Assembly: GCF_963921235.1 (NCBI RefSeq)
Contig: NC_086097.1
Location: 35,280,001 to 35,344,000, forward strand
Reading direction: 5' to 3'
From: Mobula hypostoma
Lineage: Eukaryota
DNA length: 64,000 nucleotides
Of the stretch, positions 61,216-64,000 are shown in pieces. Within the stretch, counting starts at the first letter, position 1. Each line of letters begins with the position of its first letter. A program made the position numbers and the translations under genes. The notes under the pieces are model-generated. The model had not been told where the DNA came from and did no database searches. It saw nothing but the letters and a program-made list of their open reading frames with translations.

Positions 61216-63960
61216 AGAGTCATAGAAAAGTACAGCACAGAAACAAGTTCTTTGGCCCATCTGGTCCATGCCAAACCATTTAAACTGCCTACTGGCCTCA
61301 GTCTGCACTGGCACCATTTCCCTACCATCCACATACCTATCCAAACTTCTCTTCAGCGTTGAAATTGAGCTCACATACACCACTTGCACTGGCAGCTCTT
61401 TCCACACTCTCATGACCCTTTGAGTGAAAAGTTTCCTCTTATGTTCCCCTTAAACCTTTCACCTTTCACCAATAACCTATGACCTCCAGTTGTAGAACCC
61501 CCCGTCAACCTTAGCGGAAAAAGCCTGTTTGCATTTACCCTATCTATACCCCTCATTTTGTATACATCCGTTTTCACTCAATCTTCTGTGTTCCAAGGAA
61601 TAGTCCTAACCTGTTCAATCTTTCCTTATAACTCAGGTCCTCCAGTCCTGGCAATATCCTTGTAAATTTTCTCTGTATTCTTTCAACCTTATTTACATGT
61701 TTACAGGCGGCCTGTAAGCAGACAAATCACAAGGTTGTATAATTTATACTTACATTGATCATAAGTGTACTTTGAACTTTGAACTTTCCTGTAGGTAGGT
61801 GACCAAAACTGCACACAATGCTCCAAATTAGCCCTCACCAATATCTTATACAATTTCAGCATAACATCTCATCTCCTGTACTCAATGCATCGATCTATGA
61901 AGGCCAATGTGCCAAAAGCTTCCTTTACAATCCTATCTACCTGTGGTGCCACTTTCAATGAAGAATTGACTTGCATTCCCAGATTACTTTGTTCTACCAC
62001 ACTGCTCAGTGTCGTACTGTTCACTGTGTAAGACCTACTCTGGTTGGCCCCACTGAAGTGCAAAACCTTGCACTTTTCTGCATTAAGTTCCATATGCTAT
62101 TTTTCAGCCCATTTTCCCAGCTGGTCCAGATCCAACTGCAAACTCTGATAGTCTTTCTCATTATCTACCACACCCCAATCTTGGTGTCATCTGTAAAGTT
62201 ACTGATCCAGTTAACCACATTATCATCCTGATCATAGATTTAGAAGACAAACAACAATGGACACAGCGCCCATCCCTGTAGCATTCCACTACTCACAGAC
62301 CTCCAGTCAGAGAGGCAACCATCTACTACCACTCTCTGGCTGCTCCCACAAAGTCAATGTCTAATCCAATTTGCTACCTCATCTTGAATGCCAAGTGACT
62401 GAACCTTCTTGACAAGCCTCCCATGTGGGACCTTGCCTAATGCCTTGCTAAAATTCATGTAGACAACATCCATTGCCTTGTATTCATCAACTTTCCTGGT
62501 AACTTCCTCGAAAAGGTTTATGAGGTTGGGTAGATGTGTCCTGCCATGCACGAAGCCGTGCTGACTATCTCTTATCAGTCTATGTCCATCCATATACTCA
62601 TGTATCCAGTCCCTCAGTATGTGTTCCAATAACTTTTCCACCTCTGATGCCAGGCTCACCGGCCTATAACTTCCTGGTTTCTTTCAGAGCCTTTCTTAAA
62701 CAGCGGAACTACATTAGCTATCCACCAGTCCTCAGCTGTCACTAAGGATAATTTAAATATCTCTGCTAGGGCCCCTGCAATTTCTGCAATTGCCTCCCAC
62801 AGAGTACAAGGGAACACCTTGTCAGGCCCTGGGGATTTATCCACCCTAACATGCTTCAAAACAGCAAACACCTTCTCCTCTGAAATCTGTAGAGGGTCCG
62901 TAAAGTTGGTGCCACTTTGGGTCACTTTTATAGACTGTGTCCATTTCCTGAGTAAATACGGATTTCAGGTTTCCTCCATCTCTTTTGACTCCACTGATGG
63001 ATCACCATTCTGATCTTCCAGAGGACCAGTTTTGCTCCTTGCAATCCTTTTGCTCTTAACACATCTGTAGAATCCCTGAGGATTCTCCCTCAACTTGTCT
63101 GCTAGGGCAACCTTGTGCCTTTTTTTTTTGTGTTATCTTGCATTTCTTATACTCCAGAAGCATCTCATTTGTTCCTATCTGCATGCACCTCCTTTTTTTT
63201 CCTTAACCAGGCCCTCAATATCTTTTGAAAACCAAGGTTCCCTCCACCTGTTAATTTACCTTTTATTCTGATGGGCACATAGAAGCTTTGTTCTCTCAAA
63301 ATTTCACTTTTGAAGGCCTCCCACTTACCAAGTACACCTTGCCAAAAACCAGTCGGGCCCATTCTACACTTGCCAGATCATTTCTGATACCATCAAAATT
63401 GGCCTTTCCCAATTTCGAATCTCAACTTGCGGATCTGACCTATCCTTCTTCCATATTTAATTTGAAACTAATGGCATTATGATCACTAGATGCAAAATGT
63501 TCCCCTACACAAACCTCTGTCACCTGCCCTGTCTCATTCCCTAATAGCAGATCAAGCGTCGTACACTCTCTCTGAGGGACTTCTATGTGCTGAGTCAGAA
63601 AACTTTCCTGAACATATTTGACAAATTCTTTCCCATCCAGTCCTTTTACAGTATGGGATTCCCAATCAATATGTGGAAGGTTAAAGTCACCTGCTATAAC
63701 AATCTTATGTTTCTTGCAGCAGAATGCAATCTCTCAACAAACTTGCTCCTATAAATCCTGCAGACTGTTGGGTGTTTGTAATATTGTCCTGTTAATGTTG
63801 TCTTAACTTTCTTATTCCTCATAATACTTCACTAGACGAGTTCTTCAGTCTGTCCTGACTGAGCACTGCCATGACATTTTCTCTGAGTAGTAACGCTACT
63901 CTGTCACTTCTAAAACAATGGAATGCCAGAATATTGAGCTCTCAGTACTGCCCTTCTGCA
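61216..63960 (-). mobile_element. Degraded CR1 LINE (APE-RT-3' end) with a short plus-strand Rex1-type tail inserted at about 61700-61785
   Basis: DKSPGPDKVFP, DSQHGFVHGR, NFSKALGKVPH, NAEKCKVLHF on minus; tail agagtcatagaaaagtacagc on plus. Confidence 0.92.
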
Positions 63961-64000
63961 ATATTGTCAAGAGTAGAATACGTTTAGGAAAACCAAAGAT

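Noticed and set aside
1..64000. CRISPR arrays, prokaryotic operons or retron/DGR-type RT systems
   Set aside because: No regularly spaced repeat-spacer array; all RT motifs belong to eukaryotic non-LTR clades.

Overview
Eukaryotic, almost entirely non-genic DNA packed with transposable elements. The repeat set (abundant CR1/HER1-type LINEs, tRNA-headed V-SINE/HE1-like SINEs, Penelope-like elements, Rex1/Babar, RTE, L1, Tc1, Tigger, hAT-Charlie) points to a cartilaginous fish, probably a ray (inference). No confident host gene is present; there is only one weak 37-nt micro-exon candidate. Main structures: (1) an old tandem duplication (1-3690 vs 6170-7653) that preserves a filled and an empty CR1 site; (2) a full-length minus-strand L1 (18684-34597, 10-bp TSD, intact ORF1) hosting five later insertions; (3) an inverted Penelope-like insertion with a GIY-YIG remnant and two minimal hammerhead ribozymes; (4) a HERO-clade (restriction-like endonuclease) retrotransposon 3' end whose 3' UTR holds all hammerhead core motifs in an unusual pseudoknotted order, the best candidate for something undescribed; (5) a CR1 whose 5' UTR looks like a 256-bp monomer promoter; (6) an orphan CpG-rich segment co-inserted with a CR1 into an RTE. 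Boundaries marked by TSD/TIR were read base by base; others are approximate, and identities are by-eye estimates.
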